The notes: generated by a model not told the origin, from the letters alone. A stretch of 64,000 bases of DNA from Octopus bimaculoides (GCF_001194135.2 NC_068993.1:44538176-44602175); one strand, 5' to 3'; counted from the first letter of the stretch, positions 50,781 through 64,000 are shown. Numbers and translations: made by a program.

Positions 50781-50989
50781 CTTTACTCTCTTTTACTTGT
50801 TTCAGTCATTTGACTGCGGCCATGCTGGAGCACCGCCTTTAGTCGAACAAATCAACCCCAGGACTTATTCTTTGGAAGCCTAGTACTTATTCTATTGGTC
50901 TCTTTTTGCCAAACCGCTAAGTCACGGGGACGGAAACACACCAGCATCGGTTGTCAAGCGATGGTGGGAGGACAAACACAGACACACAA

Positions 50990-51030
<41 letters not shown>

Positions 51031-51188
51031 TACGACGGGCTTCTTTCAGTTTCCGTCTACCAAATCCACTCACAAGGCTTTGGTCGACCCAAGGCTATAG
51101 TAGAAGACACTTGCCCAAGGTGCCATGCAGTGGGAATGAACCCGGAACCATGTGGTTGGTAAGCAAGCTACTTACTACACAGCCACTC
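50781..51188 (-). mobile_element. Full-length SINE family B
   Basis: Matches the 26065-26502 copy and the reverse complement of 33991-34347 throughout. Confidence 0.9.
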
Positions 51189-52095
51189 CTGTGCCTATTG
51201 AATAAATGAAAATGTTTGTACCTTTTAATGATGCAATTGAATTATCAGATAACAAAATGTCTGCCTGAGCTATTCTCATAAGAGAAAATTTTCTATGTGG
51301 ATACCACCACCGCCACCGCCACCACCATCCTCCTCAACATCACCATCACCACCACTACCAGCATCATCATCACCATCATCATCACAACCACCACCACCAC
51401 CACAAGTAAATGATAAAATATAGTTTCTTTAAAAAAATTGGGGAAATATTGGTTATCATAATCTTAGATATTCTATGTCTGAATAAAAGGATATGATAAA
51501 ATATCAAATTTGGCACCTCACTAGTTCTGTCATTCATCATCTTACCTAATTATAATAATTACTTATAAATGTGAAAGTATAAACGACTAAATATATTGCA
51601 TTATTATGCATGAACAACTCTAAGCAAGGAAACGAGTATTTAATTAATATTCAAGCATTATGCAATTTTACGCTAATTATATGTGGCTAGGTGCAGGCAT
51701 GGCTGTGTGGTTAAGAAGTTTGCTTCCTGACCATGTGGTGTTGGGTTCAGTCTCATTCAGTGGCACCTTCGGTGAGTGCCTTCTACAATAGCTCTGGGCT
51801 GACCAAAGCTTTGGGGGTGGATTTCATAGACAAAAACTGAAAGAAGCCCATCATCATCATTGTTTAACTTCCATTTTCCATGCTGGCATGAGTTGGATGG
51901 TTTGACCAGCCCTGGCAAGCTGGAGAGCTGCACCAGGTTCCAGTCTGATTTGGCTTGGTTTCTACAGTTGGATGCCCCTCTTAATGTCTACCACTTTACA
52001 GAGTGTGCGGAGTACTGTTTATGTGTTACCAACATAGGTGCTTTTTACATGGCACTGGCACAATATATATATGTATTTATGTATGTATGTATGTA

Positions 52096-52467
52096 TTGAC
52101 ATGCAATGTCTGTGCAAGACCGTGCCTCAGTAAAACTGGACTCATGAGTCATCTTCGTAGTCATAAAGCGAGACCGATGATTGACTACCAGGCCGTTGGT
52201 GATGATGCTACACACCATACTAATCATGTCTGTCGGGCATGTGGAAGGGAGTGTGATTCAGCAGGAGGACTTAAACGACATGCAAAGGTACATGGAGCCC
52301 AATTACAACAACAGCCAGCTATTGCCAGTAAAGGTTTTGGATGCCAACTCTGTGCAAGACATTGTAGATCTTTGGCTGGGCTAAAAAGTCACATTCGATC
52401 ACAGCACCGTTAAGTTAAGCTTCGTGCAATGGCCATACTTGATAACAAGGGGACAGCCATCATCATG
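52096..52467 (+). mobile_element. 5'-truncated RTE-like LINE 3' end encoding three C2H2 fingers
   Basis: CNVC..GLMSHLRSH, CRAC..GLKRHAKVH, CQLC..GLKSHIRSQH, stop at 52413, short 3'UTR ending GGACAGCCATCATC. No start codon or splice acceptor; flanked by (TATG)/(TA) repeats. Confidence 0.75.
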
Positions 52468-52536
52468 TATATATGTATATATGCATGCATGCATACATAC
52501 ATACATACATACATGCATGGATGTATATATTTATGT

Positions 52537-52862
52537 ATTTGTTTTGCAAGATTATTGCTGTGAAACAGTGTGTTGAAACAGATATTGTTATACTTGGAGA
52601 TGGTCATTTTTGTTTGCCAATTAAACACACACACTATTAATTTGATCTTCACTTTAATTTTTATTCATATTATTTTTAGTTTATACATCTGATGTATGGG
52701 ACAGAGAATCACTGATGAGGTCACAGAATGTTTGATGAAAGATCTTTGACAGATGTATAAACTAAAAATAATATAAATAAAAACTAAAATGAAGATTGAA
52801 TTAAAAAGTGCATGTATTTAATTGGCAAAAAAAAAAATGACCATCCCCAAGTATAGCAATAT
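52537..52862. repeat. Foldback element related to 34701-35216 (arms 52582-52691 / 52750-52862)
   Basis: Shares the leader ATTTGTTTTGCAAGATT..GTGTGTTGAAACAGAT and the arm terminus ACTTGG(G/A)GATGGTCAT / ATGACCATCCCCAAGT. Confidence 0.85.
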
Positions 52863-53589
52863 ATACACATAAATGTGTGTATACATCCTTACATACATGC
52901 CTAACATTCATGTACATTACTGAAAAGTTCCCTTGAACTATTACATAATATGTTTACAAGTAAGTAATGTCAAAGGATACTTTGTCTCTGAAATTTCTAC
53001 TTACATTAAGAAGAGTAACAACAAAACTAAGCATATGAAAATGTACTTAGCCATTCTTGGTATTAGAAAGAAATGTATTTTACATATTAGCTTCATTGTG
53101 ATTTATGACATTTACCATAATCACATGAAATGGTACAAAAATGGAACACTTCATTGATGGTTGAATGCTGAAGATTTAGCTTCGCATCCCTGAAATATAA
53201 GTCAACACTGAAATTACATTTCTAGCTTAAGGATAATACATGTTATCCGATATCTGTGGTGAACTTGGTGGCATTATTATATATTTAAATCATAATACAA
53301 CACAGATTAAGCATTAAAATGCAAAAATATCAGTGAAAAAAATCCATCTGCAGAAGAACAGGACAATTCTTTCAGGAAACACATATAAATACAGATAATA
53401 GAAAATGTAAAATAAGTCTCATAAAGTTTGCAGATGTCTTGTGGCTGAGTTAAGAGAGCCACCTATTTAGTTACTTAAGCCCTTCTTTACCTACGGAGCA
53501 AAGACCATTGATGACCTTTCATCACTGTTTTTCACATGGGTTGGCTTTTCTGCATCTCTCCAGTTGGATACGGGCCTTTTCAGTTCCAG

Positions 53590-53892
53590 CCTCTGTAACT
53601 CACCTCTAGTTATTTTCCTTTTAGATTTTGTTGCACTGTGTCACATGTTTCCCTGAAAGAAGGCCTTCCTCTCCTGAGTCTTGTTGGTTTTGAACTTCTG
53701 TAACTTTGTTTTTTTTTTCTCTTGATAGGGATGTTGTCCCTACACAAACCCATTTTTACCTCTGAGAAGAGGTGGACTGTGGTAGTTTGAACCTGTCTTG
53801 CATGGGAGGCCCTGTCAGGAGCTTGCCCTCCCCTGCCATATCTCTCAGGGTCGTTGAAGTACAGAAGGCACCACACTGCAACAAGGACTGGG
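53590..53892 (-). mobile_element. Second copy of the short RTE-derived bipartite element
   Basis: GACCCTGAGAGATATGGC..GGGCCTCCCATGCAAGACAGG followed by KPTRLRRGRPSFRETCDTVQQNLKGK. Aligns by eye with 24300-24400 and 24490-24600. Confidence 0.6.
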
Positions 53893-54186
53893 CTTTGTAG
53901 TGAAAGAGAGCCACCTGGTGGAAGACAATTGTGTGTGTTGAGTTTAACATTGAGTGTAACATTGCTCTTCAGCTGTCATATGCAGCAGCCTATAGTTAGA
54001 GCCAAGATGTCAAAATCCAGTGTCAAAATGGATTAAGACAATAGCAGCATGGAAAGTGGGAAATGTTTTTTGTCAAAGAATGAATACACAAATCACCTCT
54101 ATTTCATATTGCCATTTCTATGTGACCCAAAGAGTTTGAAATTAGCACTGCAAAGTAACAAAGTATTCATTGGGGTTCATAATAAT

Positions 54187-54523
54187 GGTTTCAAATTTTG
54201 GCACAGAACTAGCAGTTTCTAAGGAGAGGGGAAGTTGATCACATTGATCCCAGTACTTGACTGGTACTTATTTTATTGACCCCGTAAGGAACAAAGGCAA
54301 AGTTGATCTTGGTGGAATTTGAACTCAGAATGTAAAGATGGATGAAATGCCACTAAGCATTTTGTTCAGCATGATAACAATTCTGCCAGCTTGGGCTTCA
54401 GTCCCAAATGCAGGTGTTATATATACTCTTATCACCACTTTTCATCACTCTACCCATCTCTTATATCATGTTGCCTGTGTAACAAGCATAGAAAAGTAGA
54501 CATTGAAATGAGGATGATGACTG

Positions 54524-54554
<31 letters not shown>

Positions 54555-57500
54555 CGACGATGACAACAATAAGGATGACAACAAGGACAATGTTATGATG
54601 ATGATAATGATAGTAATGATGATGATGACAACAATGATGACGATGGTGATATATAAACTACATACATAAGTTGTACAACAAAGAAAGATATACATTCAAT
54701 AATATTAAACTATATGTAATATATCCTAATCCATATTACATATCAAATTTCACTTGATAATTACATCTGATTAGTGTAACAGAATACAAGCTGAAAGAAT
54801 AGTAATTTATATATTGTTACTGGCAGTGCAATGTCTCATGGACAAAGAGACTTGGGTTTCAAACTGGAATTAAAACAAAAGAAAAACAACTAACAAAAAG
54901 ACAATTGAACACTAAACTGGGGCAGGGAGAAGAAAAAGAATACCTCGAAACTATATTGACAATGCAGTTACTGGGTGCTAATACATGTAACAATGTTCTT
55001 GACAAATTGTTAATGCACCTATGTTTCCTGTGCACCAAGTGCATTGTTGTGGCAGACGGTGCATTAAACTCATATAAATACAATTGCTTCACAATGAGTG
55101 TTTACTTAAAAAGATGGGAAAGTTCTAATATTTTTAATGGAGTTAATTTGTCTTGCTTGAAAGGCATGGAATTTTAGAAGCAACTAAAGATTTTGGTAGC
55201 CAGGAAAACCTTTCAGGATTAATTTGACTCGTTGGTGAATGCATGCAGTTATAGAATGCCAAGAAATTAATGCTGTTTACAAAATTTGTGTTGAGATACA
55301 TAAATATTGGTTGATGGATTAATTGAACATGATTTCTGATTGAAAGTATAAGAAATCAATGGACAAGGAAAAAAGAAAAGTTATTAATAATATTAATGGT
55401 TTTTGATTTAGGCACAATACCAATAATTTTAAGGGAAGGCGGTTAATTAATATCATGAATCCCGGTATTTGATTGATACTTATATTTTATTAACCCCTGT
55501 AGTATGAAAGGCAAAGTTAATCTCAACAAGAACTAAACACAAAATGTAAAGAACTGAAACAAATACTGCAAGATATATTTTCTGATGGTCTAACAATTCT
55601 CCCAGTTTGCAACATTAGAGTTGACAATCATCATCATCGTTTAACGTCCGTTTTCCATGCTGGCATGGGTTGGACGGTTTGACTGAGGTCCAGAGAGCCA
55701 TTGGCTGCAGCAGGTTCCAATCTGATCTGGCAATGTTTCTACAGCTAGATGCCCTTCCTAATACCAACCACTCCGAGAGTGTAGTGGGTGCTTTTTACGT
55801 GCCACCAGCGTGAGAGCCGGTCAAGCGGGCCTGGCATCGATCACATTTGGATGGTACTTTTTACATGCCACCGGCACAAGAGCCAGTTAGGGGGTACTGG
55901 CATCAGCCACAATCAGTTGGTGCTTTTTATGTGTTACTGGCATGGGAGCCAGTCAGGTGGACCTGGCATCACCCACATTCGGACGGTGCTTTTTACATGC
56001 CACCAGCATGGGAGCCAGTCAGGGAGCACTGGCCACAGCTACAGTATTGGTTTTACTTAACTCAACAGGTCTTCTCATGCATATCATATCACCCGACACA
56101 TCAGGGGTATTCTTAACAGGGCTGGACATGCATGGCTATCATCTCACTTTAGTTGCTGGGTCTTCTCAATCACAGCATATCTCCAAAGGTCCCGGTCTTC
56201 TGTCATTGCCTCTGTGAGGCTCAATGTTCGAAGGTCATGCTTCACCACCTCATCCCACGTCTTCTAGTAGTAGTAGTAGTAGTAGTAATAATAATAATGA
56301 TAATAATAATTCTTTCTATTATAAGCACAAGGCCTGAAATTTTGTGGGTGGGAGTTAGTTGATTACTTTGACACTAGGGATTAACTGGTACTTATTTTAT
56401 TGACCCCAAAAGAATGAAAACCAAAGTCAGCCTCAGCAGTATTTAAACTCAGAACACAAACAGCTGGAATAAAATGCTACAGAGCATTCTGTCTGGCATG
56501 CTAACAATTCTGTCACCTCGTTATCTTGATAATAACAATAACAACAACAACAACAACAATGATAATCATTTGTTTCTTGGCCACAAGAGCCTACATTAAA
56601 GATACAAAAGACGTTGGTTCAATACAGAAAAATATAGACAGGTTTGAACATGTACACAGATTTGCAACAAAAACAAATAATGCTTTCACATTTTGGCACA
56701 GGACCAGCAATAATAATACTTATTTTTTTCTACTATTGGCATAAGGACTGTAGAGTTGGGGGAGAAGCCTTGTCAATTATATAAACCCCAGTGCTCAAAT
56801 GGTCCTTATTTTTATCAACCCTGAAAGGACAAAAGGCAACATTTGAAATCAGAGTACTGCTAAGCATTTTGTTTGGCATGCTAATGATTCTGTGAGCTCA
56901 CTACCCTAGGCAACAATAATAATAATTCACTAGCTGGACCCATGAAAGATTCATGGAAAACATTAAAAAATGTAAGCATCTGTAAACAGTGTACTGGTGC
57001 CATGAGAAATGTTTGTATATTATGACCGTCTGTCTTTACGTTCTGAGTTCAAATTCTGCCAAGGTCGACTTTGCCCTTCGTCTTTTCAGAGTTGATAAAT
57101 TAAGTACCAGTTGTGTACTGAGGTTGATCTAATCAACTGGTCTCCTCCCCCACAAAAATTTCAGGTCTAGAAAAGTATATTGTGATAGTTACAGAATATA
57201 GAAAGTAATGTAACCCCAATGACTATATAATCCAACCAAAATATCTCAGTTACACAAACGTAAACGGAATTACTATTTAACCTTAAAAAAATAATAATAA
57301 CAATAATAAGAAGAAGAACAACAACAACCATAATAATAATAATAACTACAGCAACAACAATAATAATAATAACAATAATAACTACAACAACAACAACAAC
57401 AACAATAATAATGGTTTCAAATTTTGGCATAAGGCCAGAAGTTTTGGGGAAGGGGTGTGAGTTGATTACATTGACTCCAGTGTTCAGGTTGTACTTATTT

Positions 57501-57900
57501 TATCGACCCTAAAAAGACAAAAGGCAAAATTAACTTTGGTGGAATTTGAACTCAGAATATAAGGACAGACAAAATGCTTTATACATTTCGTCTGGTATAT
57601 TAACGATTCTGCTGGCTCGCTACCTTCTTAATAATAATGATAACAATAGTAACAGTAAAAGAACAAACAAGAACAAATAAAATGCGTGAGTCAGTGATAT
57701 TGTTTGATGTTGTGTTATGTTTATAGCATTTAATATTCATAATAAGTATTGATTTCTAACATGGGCAGAAGACCTTTAAAATTTGGGGTCAGGTTTAGTT
57801 GATTAAAATCGACCCCAGTTCCCAAATGGTACACATTTTATCAATTCTGGTAAAATGAAAGAGGCAAAACTGACCTAAGTACAGTTAGAAATCAGAATAA
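54187..57900 (-). mobile_element. Cluster of SINE family C copies (about 54187, 55403, 56325, 56683, 57413, 57760 on -; 57035 on +)
   Basis: Recurrent GGCACAAGG..AATTTTGGGG..ACTGGTACTTATTTTATTGACCC..AAAGG..GAAAGGCAAAGTTGAC..GAATTTGAACTCAGAA, each next to (AAT/AAC)n. Confidence 0.85.
55627..56045 (-). mobile_element. RTE-type LINE 3' end (family A) with about four tandem 60-70-bp 3'UTR units
   Basis: Tail plus repeated GGTGCTTTT(T)A(C/T)(G/A)TG(C)CACC.GCA.G.GAGCCAGT units. Confidence 0.85.
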
Positions 57901-58679
57901 AAAAAAAAATGTTATTACTTGTACCTATAGTAGAAAGAGTTATATACTAAAGTTTAACTGGAAAAACTGAGGTGTGAATTATGCAGATGGCAAAGCTGAT
58001 ATCAAGTTTGAATATGAAGGTAAAACAAAATTTCATACCAAGGTTTAACACTAAATTAGTGGTGTGATTTTTATACAAGTAAATATAGTATACATTATAC
58101 GGAGTTTCTCTAGCTAAGAAAGCAGTGAAAGTATATTCGACTTTGAAAAAAAAAATTGCTACAAGCAAAATAAAATGAATATTTTAAACATTTCTATTTC
58201 CTAATTTGAAACTGCCAACTACTGCTGATGGCTAATGTTGGTTTTAGAGCAAAACTTTTTTAAACACAACAATCACAGCCATAACACGGAGAAAGTTATT
58301 ATCTTCAGGATAAATATGAATGATAAGACAAAAAGATATTTATAGACGGCATTATTTCTTTAAGAGGACAATTCTGTGGGTTTTTTTTGGGGTTTTTTTC
58401 CTGTTTTGGTAAGTAGGCATGAGATATGAAGTAATGATGTATTTTTTTGTACATATTGACATACATTTTTCCGCAGATACATCCTGGCATTTTTAGCATT
58501 GAGCATTGCATTAAAAAAAAAAAAAAAACATTGATGGAAGGACAAATATGAATATAACAAGTGGCATGAGGAGAAAGAGCCCCCATACATTTTACACCAA
58601 ATCTTATTCAAATCACTGCCAAATCCCACTTAAACCACACCCTACCATTATATNNNNNNNNNNNNNNNNNNNNNNNNNN

Positions 58680-58714
<35 letters not shown>

Positions 58715-59399
58715 ATATATATATATATCATCATCATCATCATCATAGTTTAGAATACACCAGCATGGAAAATGGACGTTAGATGATGATGACGATATAT
58801 ATATATGTATGTATATATATATACATGCAGAGAGAGTGAGATTTTTGTGTATGTATGTATATAATATATACATATGAGTGCATATGTATGTGTATATATA
58901 TATCATCATCATTTAACATCTGCCCTTCATGCAGGCATGGGTTGGACAGTTCGGGTTGGACTGCACCAGGCTTCCCTGTGTCTGTTTTGGTACATTTTTC
59001 TTATGCCTGAATGCCGCTCCTAGCACCAACCACTCCGCATGTATGTACACATATATAAGTTAGATACAATGGCAACTTTTGAATAAATATGTGTATAAAT
59101 CAACACACACACACAATAAACACACATGCAGTAGCAGTACTAGAGATGATATCACCCAGTGTGGTAACTGATAGTATCACCTTCACCCTAGCCCTCCTTC
59201 CCTGACACCAAACTATTCAGAATTATTTGTAGTGTATTAATGTTACTCATAAATTATAAATCTTGTATATCACATCTGTATGTGTGTATGTATGTCTTTA
59301 TTCAGTTTTTTCTCAAGATATCTTGCCAATAGAGAAAGAGTTGGTTTCTTACCTAGATCCAAGGCTTCTTCATTGGAATTTCAACATCAATAACAGTAT

Positions 59400-59680
59400 T
59401 TTTGTATGTATGTATGTATGTATGTATGTATGTATGTGTGTATGTATGTATGTATGTATGTATGTGTATGTATTTATGTACATGTGTGCATGCATTTATG
59501 TTTGCATGTATGAGTACGTGTATGTATGTATGCATCAATGCATGAATGTTTGTATCCATGTGTGTATGTATGTATGTATTCATGTATGTGTTTATGTATG
59601 TACAAGTGTGTATATGTGTATGAGTATATGTATATCTGTATGTGAATATATGTGTGCATATGTATGTATGTATGTATGTA
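59400..59680. repeat. Compound (TATG)n/(TG)n microsatellite
   Basis: Degenerate tetranucleotide tract. Confidence 0.95.
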
Positions 59681-61094
59681 AACTGGGAAATTTTTTGAAA
59701 TAACCACACTCTGATGACCTCAATCAACTTAGTTTCCTCATAGCTCTCTTAATGATATGGATTTTTTCATGAAAATTTCCAGAAATTTGTTTACAGCGAT
59801 ATTAATGCTATTTTAATGAAATTTTTTCCTCTTTGGAAAACATATCTCTGCAAAATTTTCCCATTGTTAACATTGTGTAACAAGATTTTTATTATTTTTT
59901 TTTGTCTTGGGTTAGTGAGTGTTATTTCTTATTTGCTTCTATCTACAAATCAAAGGAAATGTTTACTATTGCCTTCAAACTTTGCTTTTGTGACCTGGAT
60001 GTCAATGTTTTGAATCTGACTTATTTTCCATTACATTTCAGACAGGTTCAGTGTTGAGTTGCTGAAGCAGAAATATCATTATAACAAATATTTAGCTCAA
60101 TACCACAGATTTGTTTGTCAGTTGCTTGACCTTTAAACGCTTAAGCATGTCCCTTAGTGGCTGACAATATGTGCATCTCTGATCATGAGCAGGAGTAGTG
60201 GTGGANNNNNNNNNNNNNNNNNNNNNNNNNNNNNNNNNNNNNNNNNNNNNNTTTGTCAGTTGCTTGACCTTTAAACGCTTAAGCATGTCCCTTAGTGGCT
60301 GACAATATGTGCATCTCTGATCATGAGCAGGAGTAGTGGTGGATCATCATAGCCACGTGCTGAGATAGATTCTTTAGGGTTTGAATAAATGTAACAAAAG
60401 CAAAGTTTGGAGGAAATATTAGCCATTTTTAATACTTTCTAAGGGTAAAAAAACTCCCCTGAATGACCATGGGATCGCATGTAGAAAGTTCACCTCCATA
60501 GCACAAGTCTGGGCAAGATTGTTTACGGAAGACCAGCAGTCACCCATGCATACCAGCCTCCCCTCTCCATGCCATCAATGTTATCTAAGGGAAAGGCAAA
60601 AGTCGATATAGCTTTGCACCAGTGGATATCACAACTTATTTCTACAGCTGAGTGAACTGGAGCAACATGAAATAAAGTGTCTTGCTCAAAAACACAACAC
60701 ACAGCTCAGTGCCAGAACCGAACTCACTACCTCATTATTTTGAGCCTAGTGCTCTAACCATGATCCATGTACCTTCACTAGGGGTAAGCAAATAGGAAAT
60801 GATAGTCACTACCCAAGGACAAAAATCATGTTACACAGTGTAATGTCCTTTGCCAGTAGCATTATTTCTTCTATCTCTTTATGTTCTGAGTTCACATTTG
60901 CTTTGCATCCCTTCAGGGTTTAATTAAAAAAAAGGACCAGTTGATCATGGGGTCAATGTGACTTATTTACCCTCCTCTTAAAATTGCTTACCTTGAACCA
61001 AAATTAGAAAAAAATTACTCATTACTAATATGAAATTGGAAAGTATATTGAAAATAATTGGCATAATGACAGCTTGGTCAATCCCACCTCAACT

Positions 61095-61112
61095 GGGAAT
61101 ACCAAGCTGTAG

Positions 61113-61182
<70 letters not shown>
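61095..61182. repeat. (GT)n microsatellite
   Basis: Uninterrupted GT run. Confidence 0.98.
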
Positions 61183-61184
<2 letters not shown>

Positions 61185-61323
61185 ATGTGTGTGTATGATA
61201 TAATACTCTAGTTGGAAGTTTTTTTTTTAGTTTTTTTTTAGTTTGAGAAAAATGACTATTTCTTTAGGATTTTATGTCTTACACATTGCAGATTACAATT
61301 TTTAAAGCAAGATAATAATAAAA

Positions 61324-61358
<35 letters not shown>

Positions 61359-61429
61359 ACCCTAGGGAACTGAGTGTGTCCTAGCAAGTGATTGCATCGA
61401 ACATGCAAATTAAAAGAAAAATGATAATA

Positions 61430-61815
61430 ATAATCCTTTCTACTATATAGGTACAAGGCCCGAAATTTTAGTGGAGGGAGCAAGTCGGTTACATTGACCC
61501 TAGTGCACAACTGGTACTTATTTCATCGACTCTGAAAAGATGAAAGGTGAAGTTGACCTCAGCAGAATCTGAACTCAGAACATAAAGACAGACGAAATAC
61601 TGCTAAGCATTTTGCCCGGCATGTTGATGTTAATAATCATAATACTCCTTTCTGCTATGGGCACAAGGCCTGAAAGTTTGGGGAAGGAGCCAGTCGATTA
61701 GATCGATGCCAGTACGCAACCAACTGGTACTTGATTTATTGACCCTGAAAGGATGAAAGGCAAAGTTGACCCTGGTGGAATCTGAATTCAGAACGTGAAG
61801 ACAGATGAAATGCCA
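61430..61815 (-). mobile_element. Two adjacent SINE family C copies
   Basis: 61430-61625 and 61655-61815 both carry ACAAGGCC(C/T)GAAA..AACTGGTACTT..GAAAG..GAAAGG..AAGTTGACC..CTGAA(C/T)TCAGAAC. Confidence 0.85.
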
Positions 61816-63397
61816 CAAGTGGTTCGGGTGTTGTACTCTCAATTGTAAGATTATGGTTTCAGTTCACAGATTGCTTGGTTCTTTTGTTCTTGTGTAAAAC
61901 ACTTCATGTAACATTGACCTAGTCCACTCAACTGTAGATGGTCTCCAACAATAGCTAAGAAGTTAACCCTGAAGTAGACTGGTGTTCCATTCAGAGGAAA
62001 AGTGTTATATTCTCAGTCTCTTATTTGCTGTGGAAACTGGGTTAAACGCCAGCCTTATGAGTCCTATAACTCATGATTGATCCAAGTATTCTCTTTGCCT
62101 TTGTTTGTCAAAGAACTCTGAGAAATTTCAGGCAACAGCAAGCATATTATGAATCAGAAGTGAAAGTATTTTACAGATTAAAGTAAAAATGAAAAAAAAG
62201 AGAAAGAAAACATTTGGCATCACTTGAAAAAGACATTTAATTTAGATAAAGAATATAAACATATAGAGTGTCTTACTGCTGTTTCTAGAAGTGCCAAGCA
62301 TGTGGATCATGATGTTGCATAAGGATTCCATAAGTCGTCATCAGAGAGGGAGAAGTAAGAGAGATGTAAAAATGAAGGAATATTCCCTTTTGAGGATACA
62401 AGTATATTCCAGCTTGTCAAAAATGAGAGAAGAATCAAAGTAAGATGGGTATGTGTCATGAAGTTTTATGATCGAATAAATAATACAGTTATAGGTAAGG
62501 TTCATCAGCAGATTCAAATGTGAATTTTTGATGATAAACCATGGTGGAAGTTACCAGTTTCAATTTTGAAGTCACCAGTTTCAGTTTTGAAGTCACCAGT
62601 TTCAATTTTTATTCAAAGCAAAACTATCATATGAAGATATCACGTCAAGCTATTCTGATGCTTCCAAATGTATGGTTACAAAGAAATTTTCAGTTGGTAG
62701 GAGAGACACTTTATTCAAGATGTAGCTGAGTGAGATTGAACTCAGAACTGCATGGTTGCAAAAGAAACTCCTTAACCACACAGTTATGTCTGCACCCATT
62801 CCAAACAACTTTGTCTAATGAAGACCGTGGTTAGATACAAGGAGGAAGAGATGTGTATGTGTGTGGAGGGAGTCATTTATTTGACATCTTTTCAACATTT
62901 TACAGAAGATAGGAAGTCAGAGTGGGTGAGATGGCAGCCATTACAAAAGTTGTTATTCTTGATGATGGTGGTGGTGGTGGTGGTAGGAAAAGGAGTGTGA
63001 ATGTGAGTGGTGGTTGTATGAAGGGGAAATGTCAGCTGAAGAAAACCATGCTGAAACAAAAGCAATACCATTAAAGGTGGGTGGAGGAAGGAGAGCATGA
63101 CATTTGGGTGTGGGGGTGTTTGGTGTGGGCGGGAGCGGGTGAGTGTGCATGTGTGTGTGTTTGTACATGAATATAAATATATATATGCATATATGTATAA
63201 ATATACATCTATATNNNNNNNNNNNNNNNNNNNNNNNNNNNNNNNAGGAAGAGGAGAAAGTGGGGGGGGGCTTAATGGTTTGGAAACAAATTATTGAAAC
63301 AAACTGGAAAGAAGATTTTTGGGGTGCAATGAATGATAGGGGAGAATGCCCTTCCCCACCACATATGTGTGCATGTGGAAGGAGTTGCTTGGAAGGC

Positions 63398-63462
63398 TTC
63401 TTCTTCTTCTTCTTCTTCTTCTTCTTCTTCTTCTTCTTCTTCTTCTTCATCATCATCATCAT
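63398..63462. repeat. (CTT)n(CAT)n microsatellite
   Basis: Visible trinucleotide runs. Confidence 0.97.
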
Positions 63463-63968
63463 TGATGTCACTGCTTTTGCAGTTACAACCATCAATGTTG
63501 CCTTCTCCTCCTCCTCTTTCTCTTTTAACCCTAATTACAGGGAGAGCAACACTTATACACAAAATTACAGATACAGTCTAGAGTAAAAAAAATATGTTGG
63601 TGATCTTTGTATTATTACTATTATTATTATTATTATTATTATTATTATGATTGGAGAAATATTCATAAGTTTTTTTCATTTATTATCATTATTATCTTAC
63701 TCATTATTATTATGTTTAATTTTGCAGAGCAAAACATCTGCTTCCTTAACAAATATATGCAAATGTGTGTGTGTGTGCATTGCATTGGTTGACTTTGCCT
63801 CAGTCCTCAATATCTACTTCTAGTCAAGTACTGGAGGTAGGAGGGGATTGATATACTCGATTGTACTTGTGAAGGCGATGCCCCAGGAAAGTCACAATTT
63901 AATAATGAACCCAATAAATACATGTGTGCGTGAGTGTGTGTGTGTGTGAGTATGTATGAATGTATGTA

Positions 63969-64000
<32 letters not shown>

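Noticed and set aside
52003-52413. Host C2H2 zinc-finger transcription factor gene
   Set aside because: The ORF 5' part is microsatellite and SINE sequence, there are no Kruppel linkers or splice sites, and it ends in a retroposon tail. Treated as a LINE remnant.
55780-56045. Repeat-spacer-like periodicity (CRISPR-like)
   Set aside because: Eukaryotic context, the units are similar along their whole length with no unique spacers, and no cas genes are present.
60114-60343. Identical 92-bp direct repeat
   Set aside because: It flanks the 60206-60251 N-gap; a scaffolding overlap artefact is most likely.

Overview
AT-rich, intron-rich animal genomic DNA with 10 N-gaps (6805-6814, 14586-14933, 26381-26390, 33681-33990, 40074-40579, 43234-43962, 46467-46650, 58654-58679, 60206-60251, 63215-63246). 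The repeat content suggests a coleoid cephalopod such as Octopus; this is inference. One complete protein-coding gene can be assembled by hand: a 13-coding-exon mitochondrial cysteinyl-tRNA synthetase (CARS2) on the + strand, 11896-31371, about 600 aa. All introns are GT-AG with consistent phases, and the HLGH and KMSKS motifs and Zn ligands are intact. The rest is mostly transposon-derived: three or more tRNA-derived SINE families, many RTE-type LINE 3' ends, RT fragments (CR1/L2-like, RTE, Penelope-like), a decayed Tc1/mariner-type transposase, and dense microsatellites. I cannot support a wholly new gene system. The most notable observations are: a TSD-flanked inverted SINE pair bracketing one CARS2 intron; a recurring (TA)n-embedded long-hairpin architecture including a perfect 134-bp-arm palindrome; KIID in place of the KIIK persulfide-synthase motif in CARS2; a PHD finger inside an RTE reverse transcriptase; an intact triple-C2H2 LINE tail; and two long local direct duplications. 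All alignments were done by eye, so repeat boundaries are approximate and family names are recalled rather than searched.
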